Shown one piece after another: positions 23,931-36,965 of a stretch of DNA of 64,000 nt. Within the stretch, counting starts at the first letter, position 1. Each line of letters opens with the position of its first letter. The position numbers were made by a program, and so were the translations under genes. The notes under the pieces were generated by a model. That model was not told where the DNA came from. It was given only the letters and a program-made list of their open reading frames with translations, and did not search any database. The stretch spans positions 4,054,228 to 4,118,227 of the forward strand of contig NW_019091357.1 in the NCBI RefSeq assembly GCF_001949145.1. The letters are read 5' to 3'. The stretch is from Acanthaster planci (Eukaryota).

Positions 23931-26900
23931 GTGCACGCGAAAGATCTGTCCATGGCGAGTTCTGAGCAATTTATGCAAAGATTTCCGGTTCCCAGTCAAA
24001 AATTCTACCGGTGGGGTGGTTCTCTGCGGGAACGGTTATAGCCCCGGTGTACAGTCTGCGTTTAGATCGTGTGGCTGTTGGAATATTCATAAAAGGCATC
24101 AGTACACATATCGGGGACGCTTTTTCCGCGGTAGGCCAGTAGCAACGCTAGACACGGAAGATAAGTGTAAAAATTTTGCCGCCTCGTTGTTTCCAAATGA
24201 GCGGGCTCTCGTTCTTGCCGAACTCCAAAGATTGCAGGATCAATATCAAAAAACAGGTAAGTTGCCATTTTTCATGTTGGTCATGTCAGTTTTGGCCCTG
24301 CAATGCCCGGAGACTGGTTTGACGTCATCAACTAGGCCTATGATATGATGTGGGCCTATGTAATCAGGCCTAGGAGGGATACCAAATGGCTGATTTAGCA
24401 CCTTTTTCCTTCCCATGATGCCTTTATACTATTATGCAAAATCACAGTATTATCAGCGATAAGGCTTAGGGGCCTATGTCAGGTTTGTTGCAAAGTTTTG
24501 AATTTGAATCAGGCTTTCTTGGGTAAGAACTCCATCATGTCCATACACTGACATGACTGACAGCAGTGACAATTCAGCCATCAGAAAGTGATATCATGTC
24601 CTAGAATGTTCATAGAATTTTGGCAAAAAATTTGTAAGACCTCCTTTACTTGACATGACTTTTAGACCAGTCTCAAACTCAAAGGGCTTGTGCATAGTGT
24701 ACCGGAGATGCCGGGTGTCAAGAGGTGTCCAGATATTAAACACTAACCACCATTGATTGCAAACACATTGAAAAGATGTGAATCTGAGAATGAAAAATGT
24801 TGTGGTTTAGGCAACGACTCATTCATTTTTCATCTTCATAAGTCCAAATAGTTTGAGTTCAGAATCAGAATGACAATGCCGCATGAAGCATGGTCATAAA
24901 GCATATAGGCCTGCACACATACACACAGTGACAGTGTTATTCACGTCGGCAGATATGCTACATTGAAGTAGGCAAAAATGACAGAATTATTTTAAGAAAA
25001 ATTAAGGCAATAATTCCTTCAAACAGGAATAACATGGCCAGTAAACCAGTCACACTCTTGTACCTTAAAAAATCATGTTAATGGTATTAGGAAGCCATTA
25101 GATATACTGTGAGGAATTTTTGTCTTCATTTCACTAAAAGAATGCACTGCCATGTAAATGTGACATTGTTATTTGCTTTAAAGTATTACCTTCCTTCTGT
25201 TTGCAGACTGGAATTATGGAGCAGATAACGAACAACATGTGCATGTTTTACTTTTTTTGCTAAGCTGTTTATTCTTTTTCCCAACCCTTATACATGTAGC
25301 TAAAGACAAAATCGAGTCACCATCGAAAGCACAGTTGAGATTGGGTAGGTTCACCATTGTCATTACCCAGGCCCTATATTTATTTTTTTTTTAATTTACA
25401 TAATAAGTTTCCAAATTTTAAATATTACAGACTCTGTAAATTTGTAGAATAGGGATGTGGGTAGTCCGTGTTTGAGCAAATATTTCAAGAGTCCTTTTTT
25501 TCCTCAATGGTGATTGGGGATTGAATGCCGATATCTATAACTTCTTATTAATTTCTAAATATGTTTTATTAATGCTTTTATCTTGTAATGGATGCCTTCA
25601 AAAGAAATCAAAATCTTTTCTGAAACAGCAAAGCATATCCTAGCAGAAAGCAAAGCTCATTAATTAGTGCATTTGTAGTACATATAGGTGCATGTTTTGG
25701 TCGTGTAGAAAGTGTACACGGCAATTTGATCATTAACTATGCTAATTTATGCAGACAGTAATAGTAGGAATTCAGTTATCTCATCATGCATCAAATTTGT
25801 AGTAATTTTGTGTGTAGACCTCCATGATTCATGTCTGGTGCATTCAATTTGTTTGCAGTGGTGTTGAGTAATGGCATTCCATTCATTGGCTTTGGTTTCC
25901 TGGACAACGCCATCATGATTGTTGCTGTGAGTAGAAAAACAGGCCATATTCCATCAGAATCCATTAGGCCAAGTAAACAATTAAGCTACTCTCTCATCCC
26001 TGCTGACTTCCTTTTCCTGACCTGCTTCAACATTCTTGTTATTTCTGGGAGGTTTTGGCAGGGGGGCATATACAATGCATTTTGACTATCACTGATTTCT
26101 TGTAGACAGTAATGCAAGTTAAAATCTGTACAGTTGGTGAAGACTCCCTTGATATAGACGTACAAGTGTAAGAATAAGTCCAGAAAATTTACCAACCATT
26201 TTGGAAAATTTTAGCTGTTACATTTCTTTACACCCCCTCCCCATAAATTTATTTTAAAAATGGCTGTGAATTTTTTTTGTATTTTTACAGTGGCTTTAAC
26301 AAAATGTGTTCTCAAGTTCCATGTATCACATCGTCATTTCTAATCTCTAGGATTTTTTCAAAAGTATATTTATTCATAAAAAGGGCATTCTGTTAAGAGG
26401 TTTCAGTTTGTGATAGTAGTTGTGTGGCTTGTATTTAACTTTCGTATAACCTTGGGTCTTCATAGCAAGAAGGTATTTCTGAGCCTAGAGCCTGGCAGGT
26501 GCAGCTCTATCAAATTGTTGCTGGTACTTGGACATGTACATGTACATGTCTGTATAAATGGTGNNNNNNNNNNNNNNNNNNNNNNNNNNNNNNNNNNNNN
26601 NNNNNNNNNNNNNNNNNNNNNNNNNNNNNNNNNNNNNNNNNNNNNNNNNNNNNNNNNNNNNNNNNNNNNNNNNNNNNNNNNNNNNNNNNNNNNNNNNNNN
26701 NNNNNNNNNNNNNNNNNNNNNNNNNNNNNNNNNNNNNNNNNNNNNNNNNNNNNNNNNNNNNNNNNNNNNNNNNNNNNNNNNNNNNNNNNNNNNNNNNNNN
26801 NNNNNNNNNNNNNNNNNNNNNNNNNNNNNNNNNNNNNNNNNNNNNNNNNNNNNNNNNNNNNNNNNNNNNNNNNNNNNNNNNNNNNNNNNNNNNNNNNNNN

Positions 26901-29809
26901 NNNNNNNNNNNNNNNNNNNNNNNNNNNNNNNNNNNNNNNNNNNNNNNNNNNNNNNNNNNNNNNNNNNNNNNNNNNNNNNNNNNNNNNNNNNNNNNNNNNN
27001 NNNNNNNNNNNNNNNNNNNNNNNNNNNNNNNNNNNNNNNNNNNNNNNNNNNNNNNNNNNNNNNNNNNNNNNGTAAATGGTGTTTGAGATCTTCCTTTTAC
27101 ATGACACTCTTTTTTTAATGCACCAAATTTTATGCTTCAGTAGTAGGCCATGGAATGTAAGGTTAAATGGAATGTAAAGTTAAATGGCATGTAAGGTTGA
27201 ACGGTACATAAGGCAAGTCCACACCATTGTCCAAACCTCATCTTCACTCAGCCGCTTCCTAAGTTTCCATGCATCATTCCATTGTTTTGATCGTGCACCA
27301 CTATCAAATGATGTTTTCCTTCTCATCTTTGTGTTTTTTCCCCTAGGGTGATTACATTGACTTGACGATTGGAATCACGCTTGGCATCTCCACGATGGCA
27401 GGTTGGTGTGGGTTTCCTTCGCTTGTGGGTTTGCGGTTAGATCCCGGGTCCTGTACCTACCTGTACATACAAAGGCAGTCAATGTGAACTGATCAGCTGT
27501 GCAGGAAATCCTGAACCAAACTGTTGTTGGTGCATAGCAGGACACACAGGATTGTTCTGTGGACAGGGTTCCCACAGTCATGAACAGTCCCCAAAATTCC
27601 TGGAAAAAAGTTGTCCTGGAAAGTCATGGAATAGTCGTGGAAAATTGGGGACAAAATGAGCTGTCCTTGAATCCTGTTAGAAGAGAAAAGCCTGGGAAAA
27701 GTCACGGAAATCAAGATTATGCAAAGTTTTTTGGATAAGCCACTTGGATATTATTACTGAATAATGATATATTTACAGGCTATCCTTGTCAGTCTATATA
27801 TATAGCGGCTATGACAGTCTTCCATTTCCTAATACCAAAGAACTTGTCTCTACAAAATGATGCTAAATATTATGGAAATGGTTATATTTTAGTTCTGGAC
27901 ATTCCATGAAAAAGTCATCAAGTTTTGGTTTAATTAAAAACCGTGGAGGCTATTTGGGGCATTGCATCCCAATTTTCATGCAAATGTGCATAAAAGCAAA
28001 AGTTGTAACACTCGTTGAGATGTGGTGACCCACAGAATTAAGGAAGAGGCAGTGTAATTATATAACTTTGTTTGCCTATTTAGCTGCTGCCCTTGGTAAC
28101 CTCATCTCTGATCTGGCTGGTGTTGGGTAAGTGGACTGCCTAGTATATTTCTCCAGTGCAAATTTCTTTCAGAAGTCACATATTTCAGTACTTCGATCTA
28201 ATCAGGTCAAACTAGATTAGATTGAATCAAATTTTATTCTTCATGTTATTTGGCCCTGAAACCAAATTGTACGCTTCCAGCTTTTTAATGAAAAGGTACG
28301 AAATTTAATGATAAGTGGCAACAGTCGCTTTTTTATAACAAAACAACGAAAATATAAGTTGAACTTCTAAGAGTAAGACAAGAATCGATTTAACATGGCC
28401 AGCATACCCAGGAAAACTCACTGGTTGATTGGGTATGGGTTTAAGCTCAGCCCGAGCAAGCTTGTCATATTTTGTCACCAGCTGTCCTGGAGCACTGTGT
28501 CGCAACTGCTCCATTGATTGAAACTAAAGCGAATTTCTTGGATGCTGTCAGCCATGAAAGTTGTTCAAGCACACTCAGTGTTTGTTTTACCAGTGGACTG
28601 GCAAACAAAATGTCTCAAAAATTCTGGAAGAGCACGTAAAACTTGATCGCAATTTTGACACCAACATAATCAGCAGTGGCTTTAACTTTCTAATAGATTA
28701 ATCCAAACAGTATGTATAAAATGTATGTAGGAGAAAGCTAAAACCAAGGGTTAAACAGAACTGGGTATCCTGTCAATGTGGTCTCTGCAGGTTGGCTGGC
28801 TATGTCGAGGCTCTTGCAGCTAGAGTGGGAGTCCATCCCAAGGAACTGACCCCAGAGCAGGCTGATATGAGGCAAACAAGGTGGATGGCTGGCATTGTAA
28901 GAATTTACTTCCATGTCAATCGTCCTGAGATTTATTCAAACTGAAACATGGACTTTCCATTGTGTGAATGTTCCGCACTGTGATGGGCAGGGAAAGTTGG
29001 ACAGAGTTATCTGTGTGATCGTGCCTAATGATGGGCTGGGTACTTGTTAATTTAGCAAAGAACATACTTCAAAGGGTGTTTCTGGGCGTGCTTGCAAGGG
29101 TGCTTCTGGGCGTGCTTGCAAGGGTGCTTCTGGGCATGCTTGCAAGGGTGCTTCTGGGCGTGCTTGCAAGGGTGTTTCTGGGCGTGCTTGCAAGGGTGCT
29201 TCTGAGCATGGTGCAAGAGTGCTTCTGAGTGTGCTTGCAAGGTTGCTTCTAACATGTCTAAGCTTGCTTGCAAGGGTGCTTCTGAGCATGGTGCAAGGGT
29301 GCTTCTGAGCGTGCTTGCAAGGGTGCTTCTGAGCGTGCTTGCAAGGGTGCTTCTGAGCGTGCTTGCAAGGGTGCTTCTGAGCGTGCTTGCAAAATTGCTT
29401 CTGAGTGTGGTGCAAGGGTGTGCTTGCAAGGGTGCGTCTGAGCAATTGATCAACTTCTATTCTCACAGGCCAAAAAACTTTCGTCACATCAGTTGATTCA
29501 CTTCCTTCTGCACCGTCAATAATTGAAAACCCAACCCCGCACAGTTGTTGTCCAGTATTGAATTTCTTCATTTGCGACATGCTAATCGCCTGTCTTCTTA
29601 TAGCAGACTCATAGCTCTGTTGCAAGTGTCTCCAATATTTGAGGTTTTTCGATGATTTCTTTTGGCAGGGTCGGGCCCTGGGTCTGATGATTGGATGCCT
29701 GGCGGGCATGCTTCCCTTGCTCTTCTTGGAAACCAGGGAACAAGCCGAAGAGCAGGCATCGGAGGGTGATACATCAGGGCCCGACGAACAACCAGAGTCC
29801 CAAGTATAG
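23923..29809 (+). CDS. TMEM65: Transmembrane protein 65 (mitochondrial inner-membrane protein), 7 exons, 263 aa
   Basis: Exons 23923-24256, 25300-25344, 25859-25926, 27347-27401, 28084-28126, 28791-28896, 29669-29809 (792 nt, phases consistent). Joined protein contains the family motif IPFIGFGFLDNAIMIVAGDYIDLTIGITLGISTMAAAALGNLISDLAGVGLAGYVEALA...GRALGLMIGCLAGMLPLLFL. The Arg-rich, acid-poor N-terminus resembles a mitochondrial presequence. Confidence 0.95.
26564..27071. other. Assembly gap (N run) in TMEM65 intron 3
   Basis: Run of N. Confidence 1.
27564..27950. mobile_element. MITE of the CAGGGTTCCCAC family (decayed copy) in TMEM65 intron 4
   Basis: Left end CAGGGTTCCCACAGTCATG...AAAAAGTTGTCCTGGAAAGTCATGGAA matches the copy at 43280-43562. 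Confidence 0.6.
29071..29442. repeat. 24-bp minisatellite (~15 units) in TMEM65 intron 6
   Basis: Unit GCAAGGGTGCTTCTGRGCGTGCTT. Produces the spurious periodic ORFs LGVLARVL / CKHAQKHP. Confidence 0.95.
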
Positions 29810-30556
29810 CACCGAGCGTTCCAACTCGTTACCAAGCAATACAAAAGATATGCATATATTTGTAATTTCACATCAGGGCCCTGCTTAAAAAAACTGCTAA
29901 GTGGACTCACTCAGCAGATTTACATGTATTTCTGTTCTTGTCAAATGTGTGAGCGTAGCTGGTTTATGAAATTGGACCCAAATTACCAGTTTGAATATTC
30001 TGCATGGTGAATACTTTGCCTGCCTTTGTACAGGTTTTCGAACAATTCTCCATTGGAGTCACGGCTCTGTGGGAATGAGCCAAAAGGTTAGATGGCTGAT
30101 TCGTTGAATTGGCTTTTCTAGGAAAAGAGCATGAAGTCCATTCAATGGAAAGGCGTTTCTTAAAGAAGTGAACATTTCCAGGCTTTGAAGAAAGAAATCC
30201 GCTCATAAACAAACCAAAGATTCAAATGCTTTAAGAACATGTGCCTCTTACCAGAACATCTTCAGAAAATACAGAGAACACCCAACATGACCCCTCACTG
30301 AGCAGGCCAAATTCTCGATGGTAAGTGGTCATGACGATGATGATGTCTCAATCAGCTGCAGGCAATCAAGGTACAGTAGTGTGTATTGTAACATTCCATC
30401 CCTGGTTTGGTCTTGCCGATAAACCAATTCAAAGAGTGTGCTTTCCGGAATGTTTGCAGTATAGAGAAAAACCAAACTTTTCAGTCATAAGGGTTATTTA
30501 GTTTCTGTGTAGAAATCCATTTCTCTCATAACTCATGCTCTCTTGAAAGTTGACAG

Positions 30557-30808
30557 CAAAGATCGTATAGCGCCGCGTAGCGGCGCAAGATGGGGAACTT
30601 CACCATGAATACGCGTAAAACGTTGTTATCACATGGGCGCCATTCTGGTTGGACTACGCCTGCGAAGTGCATGTTAATGCACAGGCGCAGGTGCCGCGAC
30701 AGGCACGCACACACATTAACGTTCACACTCGAATGGCGCCCATGGTGATAACACCTTAATGGCCGAATTACCCATCTTGAGCCACTATGCGGCGCTATAT
30801 AATCTTTG
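30557..30808. mobile_element. Palindromic MITE with perfect 8-bp TSD (hAT/P-type)
   Basis: TIR CAAAGATCGTATAGCGCCGCGTAGCGGCGCAAGATGGG ... CCCATCTTGAGCCACTATGCGGCGCTATATAATCTTTG. TSD GTTGACAG at 30549-30556 and 30809-30816. Confidence 0.9.
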
Positions 30809-33499
30809 GTTGACAGTACATGCTGTATCTTATGTTTATTTATTACCATCCTAGAATTCAGCCAAGGATCATGGGTTAAGACACCCGTTTTTCTCCATGC
30901 ATTACAGCTACCCTATTTCAACCAATAAATCACACTTTATTTGCATCATGCATTGTTTGGTTTGAGCCTTACTGCAAAACTCCCTGTGGCAGATGTATTT
31001 TGTCTATATTTTATGAGTTTTTGTGTAGTACTAGGGATTGTTACAACTCTAAAAACATTGTCCTCTAAGTTTTACATCAGTACTTTAGTTAGGGCTTAAG
31101 TCGTTTGTTCGAATGAACTAGCTTACTTGACAGGTTTTTTTTGGGCTTGCAAGCTAGGGCACCTTTGAGGAATCCCTTGTTTCTTTAACATAAATGCTCA
31201 ATGAAGATAACTTACATCCAGATCATAGCAAATGTGGGCCATGTCTGCCCTGCCGCAACACTCACATCTGTAAGAAAATGGTTGCAGCCGATAGTCAGTG
31301 GCTTCCTATAGGTGTTCTTGTTATTGTCAGCTGCTGCCAAAACTTTCAGACACATCCTGGGTGATTTCCAGAACTGAGTGAATCATGTGTAAGAAATTGT
31401 CCGAGATGAAGCAACTAAGTAGTGGGAGAAGAATCTAGGCTGTGAAATGCCATATGCCCTCTCAGGTCTTGTTTCCGGGCACATTTCTTTCCTATCACAC
31501 TCGTTTACACCAGTTAATTGACTTAATGTACAGTACCTACAGTGTACATGTACTGTTAAATGTACAGAGTCTAAGGTAATGTTTGGCATGACCGGTGAGG
31601 CAAGGTAGTCATTTATTTTCACTGATGTTAGATGACTGAAGTCTTCCATGAAACAAATCGAGGGAGTCATAATCGTTTTAGTAACAAGGTAGTTCTCTGG
31701 TGCATTGCTCTTTCCACTGAGGGCCATTTGGGTTGAATAAATGCACTGTTGGTTTCGGTATGAGCTAGGATTCCTTGCTGCTGTTCTGTCTCTCATCAGG
31801 GACCATATTGGAGGCCTTGAATCTCGGCCCTTTTATCCATGAGCAGGATTGTTTCTGCTATTTCCTCCCTTGCTTTCTACTGGGTACCCCAGGGGTGGAC
31901 CTGTGTGTTTGATTTGCCCTTAATATTTACCATGTTACTGAAAATAAGCAGGTGCTAATGTCGTTATCACAGCAGTGTATTAAATTTTCCATTATTCTCA
32001 AAAGACTCGGCAATTCCCCCAAAACCTGGGAGTTCAGTCATTGAGCACCCCGTCAATAACTAATGAAAGACCATGCAGGTATTACGTAATCATGTTAAAT
32101 GATCTTTTATGGCTCATTTGTAAAGAACTTCATTTTGATTTAGAAATTGTCAAAGGATTTTAAAATGTTGGCAGCCCTTTGCAGGTCCTTGGTCTTATTT
32201 TTTATATTGTGCATTGAAGTGTACAAACAGCGACATAAGCAAAATGTCACTACCTATATATAGATCATGTAACAGTGTCTGATAAGAATGTGCAATATTA
32301 ACCATGAATTGAAGTACAAGTTCATTAGGAGGATATGATAGGTTTTTAATTTTGTGAGGTTTTTCATTGATTTGTTCTCAGAATTTTAATTCAAGGTATT
32401 TGACATGAATCGTTAACTTTACTAAACAGGACATGAGGTTTGAGATGGGAAAGATTGTTGAATCCAATTATGTTATTTATTTTAAGAGCTCTCACTTAAT
32501 CCCTATTTGATTTCTTTCATGAGGTATGTCTTATTTAGACACTTCTTTATTTAGAAGTAAGCCAGGAGTACATAGCAACTCATCTGTGGTACAACGTTCC
32601 CATGATAGAATGTCACTCTGCATGACTATTTGAAGCACCTTGGAACATTTGTGGCAAACCAACTTTGTCACATGCGGAAAAGAAAGATTTTTATTGAGCA
32701 AACATCTTATAGAAGTACTCTTTTTTCAGCAAATAGAGGCTTTGTATGGTAGCCACCTTACAGCACAGCTGTTTTGTTCAAAAGGGTATGCATATTGGAG
32801 GTTTTCCTGTGGAACAAAAGAACTGCCCCACAAGATGGCTACCACACAAAGCCTCTATTGAGCTCTCTTTATACTCGCTCTTGTACTGCTCAGTTTAGCC
32901 CATGAATTGCTCACAAAGAACTTTGTAATGTGTACGAAAGTTAGTATTATATTGCCTGTTACTTGTGTGATTCTTAATTTTCAATTACCATAGCAATCAC
33001 AGAGTGTGGGCACTCAAGAAGTCAATGTTTCTTTTGCCTCCGACGGTTCAAAATCCTTCCACTGCTGAAGGACCATTCAGGACTATAGGGTTAACGATGG
33101 ACATGTGGATTAACATTTAATATCACCTTGGTGTTCATTGGGAATCCCATCATAGTTCCTACCTTCGTTTACGTGAATTACAGGTTCATGAATAATGAAA
33201 GCCAAAAAGGTCAACAGCTGAATCCTTTCTTCAGATCTAGATGATTTGTTTTATTTTATGGAGCCCTCATCGGATGCAGTGAGGGTTTCTGCCTGTCTGC
33301 CATCAGACGGTTACATTCCTGTAAATTGTTGCATTTGGGATTGTTGGTGTTCATTTTAGAAAGTTGTTTTGGTAAACCGTGCGTTCTTTCTGCACAAATT
33401 AATAAAAGTGCATCATGAACACCTTGTCCTTTTTAATGTTTCCTTTTTGGGAAGAATGCTTTGGGATGAGCAGTATTTGTTGTTTTTCCCAAATTAAAA

Positions 33500-33985
33500 A
33501 TGCAAACATTTCTAAGGGGTTAGCCTTGCCATTCCAATAAAAATCGCTCAAAATGATGATTTCCAACATTTTCAGCAAAGTTAACTTTAATTTTACAAGA
33601 TTTTCTGGAAAAAAATTGCAGGCCATTTCAATTAAATCACTCAAAATAATTACCAAAATTTTCTGCAGAATTAATATTTGCAAGGAAATAGTTTTACCAT
33701 TTTTTTCAATAAAATGAGGATTTCGAACATTTTGTGCAAAATTATTATTTGCAAGGGGTTAGCCTTGCCATTCCCAAAATTCAAAAATTACTCAAAATGG
33801 TTTCCAAGATTTTATGCAGAATTAATAAATAGCTTTGCAATTTCAATTAAAATCACTCAAAATGAGAATTTCAAACATTTCTGCCAAACTACTATAAAAA
33901 TCACTCAAAATGATGATTTTAAAGATTTTCTGCAAAGTAATATTTGCCACAAAGGGTTAGCCTTGCCATTTCAATTACTCCCAGA
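33500..33985 (+). repeat. Degenerate array of the 78-bp satellite
   Basis: Repeated GGGTTAGCCTTGCCATT..AAAATCACTCAAAATGATGATTT. Same family and orientation as 63520-64000. Confidence 0.8.
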
Positions 33986-34231
33986 AAAATGAGGCAGTCA
34001 AACAAGCAAGTTGTGTTTTGGGACAGCGGTGCTGTTTTATTGGCCAGCACAGTTGATCAGGACACTGGCCTATTATTAAATGTCAGTTCAAGCAATGCAA
34101 TTCTTAAAATTCTTAAACATGTAAATAAAGTAAGCGCCATGCTTGTCAATAATACTGACCAAGGCTTTGTACCCTTGGCGTATGTGCAAAAGTCAGGACT
34201 TTTGCCCATGACACGCTTGGTCGGTTTTAAC

Positions 34232-34379
34232 GGTGGGAGGAAAACTCAGAATGAATACCATAGAAAACGCAGGGATTCAGGAACTGAAAACCCAATCCAC
34301 ATGTTGACTTAGGTGGGATTCGGACCCAGGTCGCAGAGGTGGAAGGCGAGGAAAGCGCTACAACACTTACCTGACTCCC
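34232..34379 (-). mobile_element. tRNA-derived SINE fragment
   Basis: Minus strand reads GGGAGTCAGGTAAGTGTTGTAGCGC...CCTGGGTCCGAATCCCACC (pol III B-box-like GGTCCGAATCC), followed by a SINE-like body ending TTTTCCTCCCACC. Confidence 0.55.
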
Positions 34380-35940
34380 CAAATTATTGGCACGCTAGCA
34401 AGCCATTTACCGCATACAAGAAAATTATGGGTTCTAGGATGGGTCTTGCCAAGTTTGCATTGACGGAGGAAAGTTCCCAGTATAATAAAGTCGCGACAGA
34501 AAAAACTTGTGAAACCAACTTGTTATCCATGGGAACAACTGTTTCTGTAACTTTTAAGTTCTTAAATTCAGGGCCTACCTTTTGTAACTATAGGAAGCCA
34601 CTGCGCACCCGAAATTATTTGAAACTTGATGAGCGAAGCACTTCCAATCTTTACGCACAACCAAGATCATAATAGACCCAAAGAGAAAATGGACCTTTAA
34701 TCTCTCTATAAGCAACTTTTTGAACAAGTGAGTTTAAAGTTATGACGATATAATTGTGCAAATAGGTGAGCCGCTAGGAACGTCTTGTTCCTTGTTGCGT
34801 GCTACCAAAGTCTGTTTCATAAACCTCATACGTTCTAAAACACTCTTCCTTGCACGACAGACAACATTGAGTGAAATCAACAAGTTTCCTTTTTTGTCTC
34901 TGTTGTATTATCAGCAGGTTTTTCGATATGGCTTTGAGGCGATTAACTAATCCCATGGCACGCAGATTTGCTATTATCACATCATTCTCCAACTGAGACG
35001 CGAAAACCGGGCCTTCTGACACCGCCCCCAGCCTACTCCGAGCTGTACACAAGTTATAGTGCTCGTAAGTACGTTGTGATGCTTCTTTTAGTTCATTTTA
35101 AAAAATCCAAATGATGTGCTATATAGGCGGCAGATGCCCAAAACCGGCTACCACGAAATCGGAGAGTGCACACCGTAATAAGACAGCCAGGAGTAGGCGT
35201 GGCTGCAAATGAAAACCAAGATGCTCTTCGTTGGGAGAAGCAATCATTGCAATGTTACATTGGTTTGTACACCGTGACAGTCCTACACTTTTGTAAATTG
35301 TCCTGGCCTCAGTGTTCTCTTCTTTGTTGATTTATTGCTGTTTATGTGCATATCAATAAGAAAACATCAACCCCTCTCTCAGATATGTTTCCAGTTGGTA
35401 GATTCTGGGTTCACGTGACAATTTGAACAGAAACACCACATGTATGCACTAACCCATGTGTTCCCTAGATGATTTCAAAGCAACAGCGCCCTCAATTGCA
35501 GGATAATTTTGATTGTTTAAAACATGCTTTTTCAGTGCATTGAACAGGAGTGTGTAAGAGTTTTCACATGAACAAGAGAACAAAGATGCAGGAATATTGT
35601 GCAAAGTAAAAGTTCATTGCAGCTACAATTGAATACAGAGGGACATTTGTCTTTGAGACATCGCTGACACACCTGTAGGCTCTACTAGCCGGCCCCACAC
35701 GTGCGTTGGGCTGTAGTGTTATAGTGGCTTTCTTTTACAATCTGTCTCCAGCCCTGCGTGTGGGGTAGGTAGCACACCTACACCAACCTAAGTTGGTGTG
35801 ATGTTTCCTGATGGAGGCTTTGCCGACTATATGATTCAGATGGCATTGATGGAGTAAGTACAATGAATTTTGCTTTAATTATTCTAGCCTTTACAGAAAA
35901 ACCGGTACTGGCCTAGTTCGTCAGTTGAGAGTGATGAGAC

Positions 35941-36303
35941 TGTTAGTACGCCCCAACTATACCATATGACAGTCCCAACTGTAGTGCTGCAGTTGGGCTG
36001 GCCCAACTATTGTTTCATTTCACAATAGTGAAACGAAACAATAGTTGACCAATGTAAATATCTCAACATCATCCAAGTCAATGTGTCTCACACTTGACAC
36101 AATTCATCTAAAATGTGGCACTTCATCTCTTCATCTAGCCCTATGACCAATGACATGAAATTTGTAAACAATATGACTTTGTCACACTGGGCACATCATG
36201 CACACAGGACCTCTCTGCTGTAGTCGGGCTGGCCCTACTGTAGCACTCTAGTTGGGACGGGCCCAACTATAGTTGGGACTGATGCTATATTTGGGGCGTA
36301 ACA
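35941..36303. mobile_element. MITE with TGT...ACA termini and 4-bp TSD (Ginger-like non-autonomous element)
   Basis: TGTTAGTACGCCCCAACTATA ... TATATTTGGGGCGTAACA. TSD AGAC at 35937-35940 and 36304-36307. Internal CCCAACT/AGTTGGG subrepeats. Confidence 0.75.
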
Positions 36304-36354
36304 AGACCATGGAGTTGGAGAAAGGAAAAAGACCATGTTGAGACTAACCCTACA

Positions 36355-36965
36355 GGTACTAAGATCAACACTAGGCATGCCTACACTCACAGGCCCACTG
36401 AGATTTTGCTCACATCTTGCTAATTGTTTATCCCTCAAGTTGTTGGATCTCATGTGCTCCCCATAAGTGCAGCTGTAATACCACTACTAGGCCATCCCAT
36501 AATATGATACAAGCCCAACTTCACTTTGGCATGCTGTGTATATTTGAATTGTTGAAATGATAATTGATGCGACTGCATCAGGATGATGTAGATCAGTCAA
36601 TAATAGTCTGAGCAACTTGGACTCTTAGGAATTGCCTTTTTAAAGATTCAGATATGGCCCAGTGAAACATGGCAATGTACACACACTGTATACCCATCAG
36701 AGTCGGTGTGAAGTCGCCAACTTGGTCTGGAATCAACTCGCTCCGAGTCAACTCCATCTCAGGTCAACTCGGTCCCAAGTTAACTCAGTCTCGTCAACTC
36801 TTGAAGGCAGGCACATGGATGCAGCATGAATAAAAATCTTCCAAGCTAGTTTCAACGCACTTTAGCATACCTGCATTAGAGTACATGTATAAATTTCCAG
36901 AATTCTAAAATTGCATATACTGTTCATGTAAATTTACTGACATGTGCATGAGATGCCTGGCCTTG
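36355..36965 (+). repeat. Left arm of long inverted repeat (pairs with 62535-63275)
   Basis: For example CATCAGAGTCGGTGTGAAGTCGCCAACTTGGTCTGGAATCAACTC at ~36695 is the reverse complement of ~62737-62781. Similarity with indels continues over ~600 bp. Confidence 0.85.

Noticed and set aside
26410..27118. Long ORFs in the track spanning N runs (also 41974-42921 and 49726-50424)
   Set aside because: Poly-X artefacts of assembly gaps.
29071..29442. Regular repeats as a CRISPR-like array
   Set aside because: Units are contiguous with no unique spacers, inside a eukaryotic intron. It is a minisatellite.
33944..34672. Consecutive 122-aa and 119-aa ORFs
   Set aside because: They overlap satellite and SINE sequence, and show no domain or splice support.
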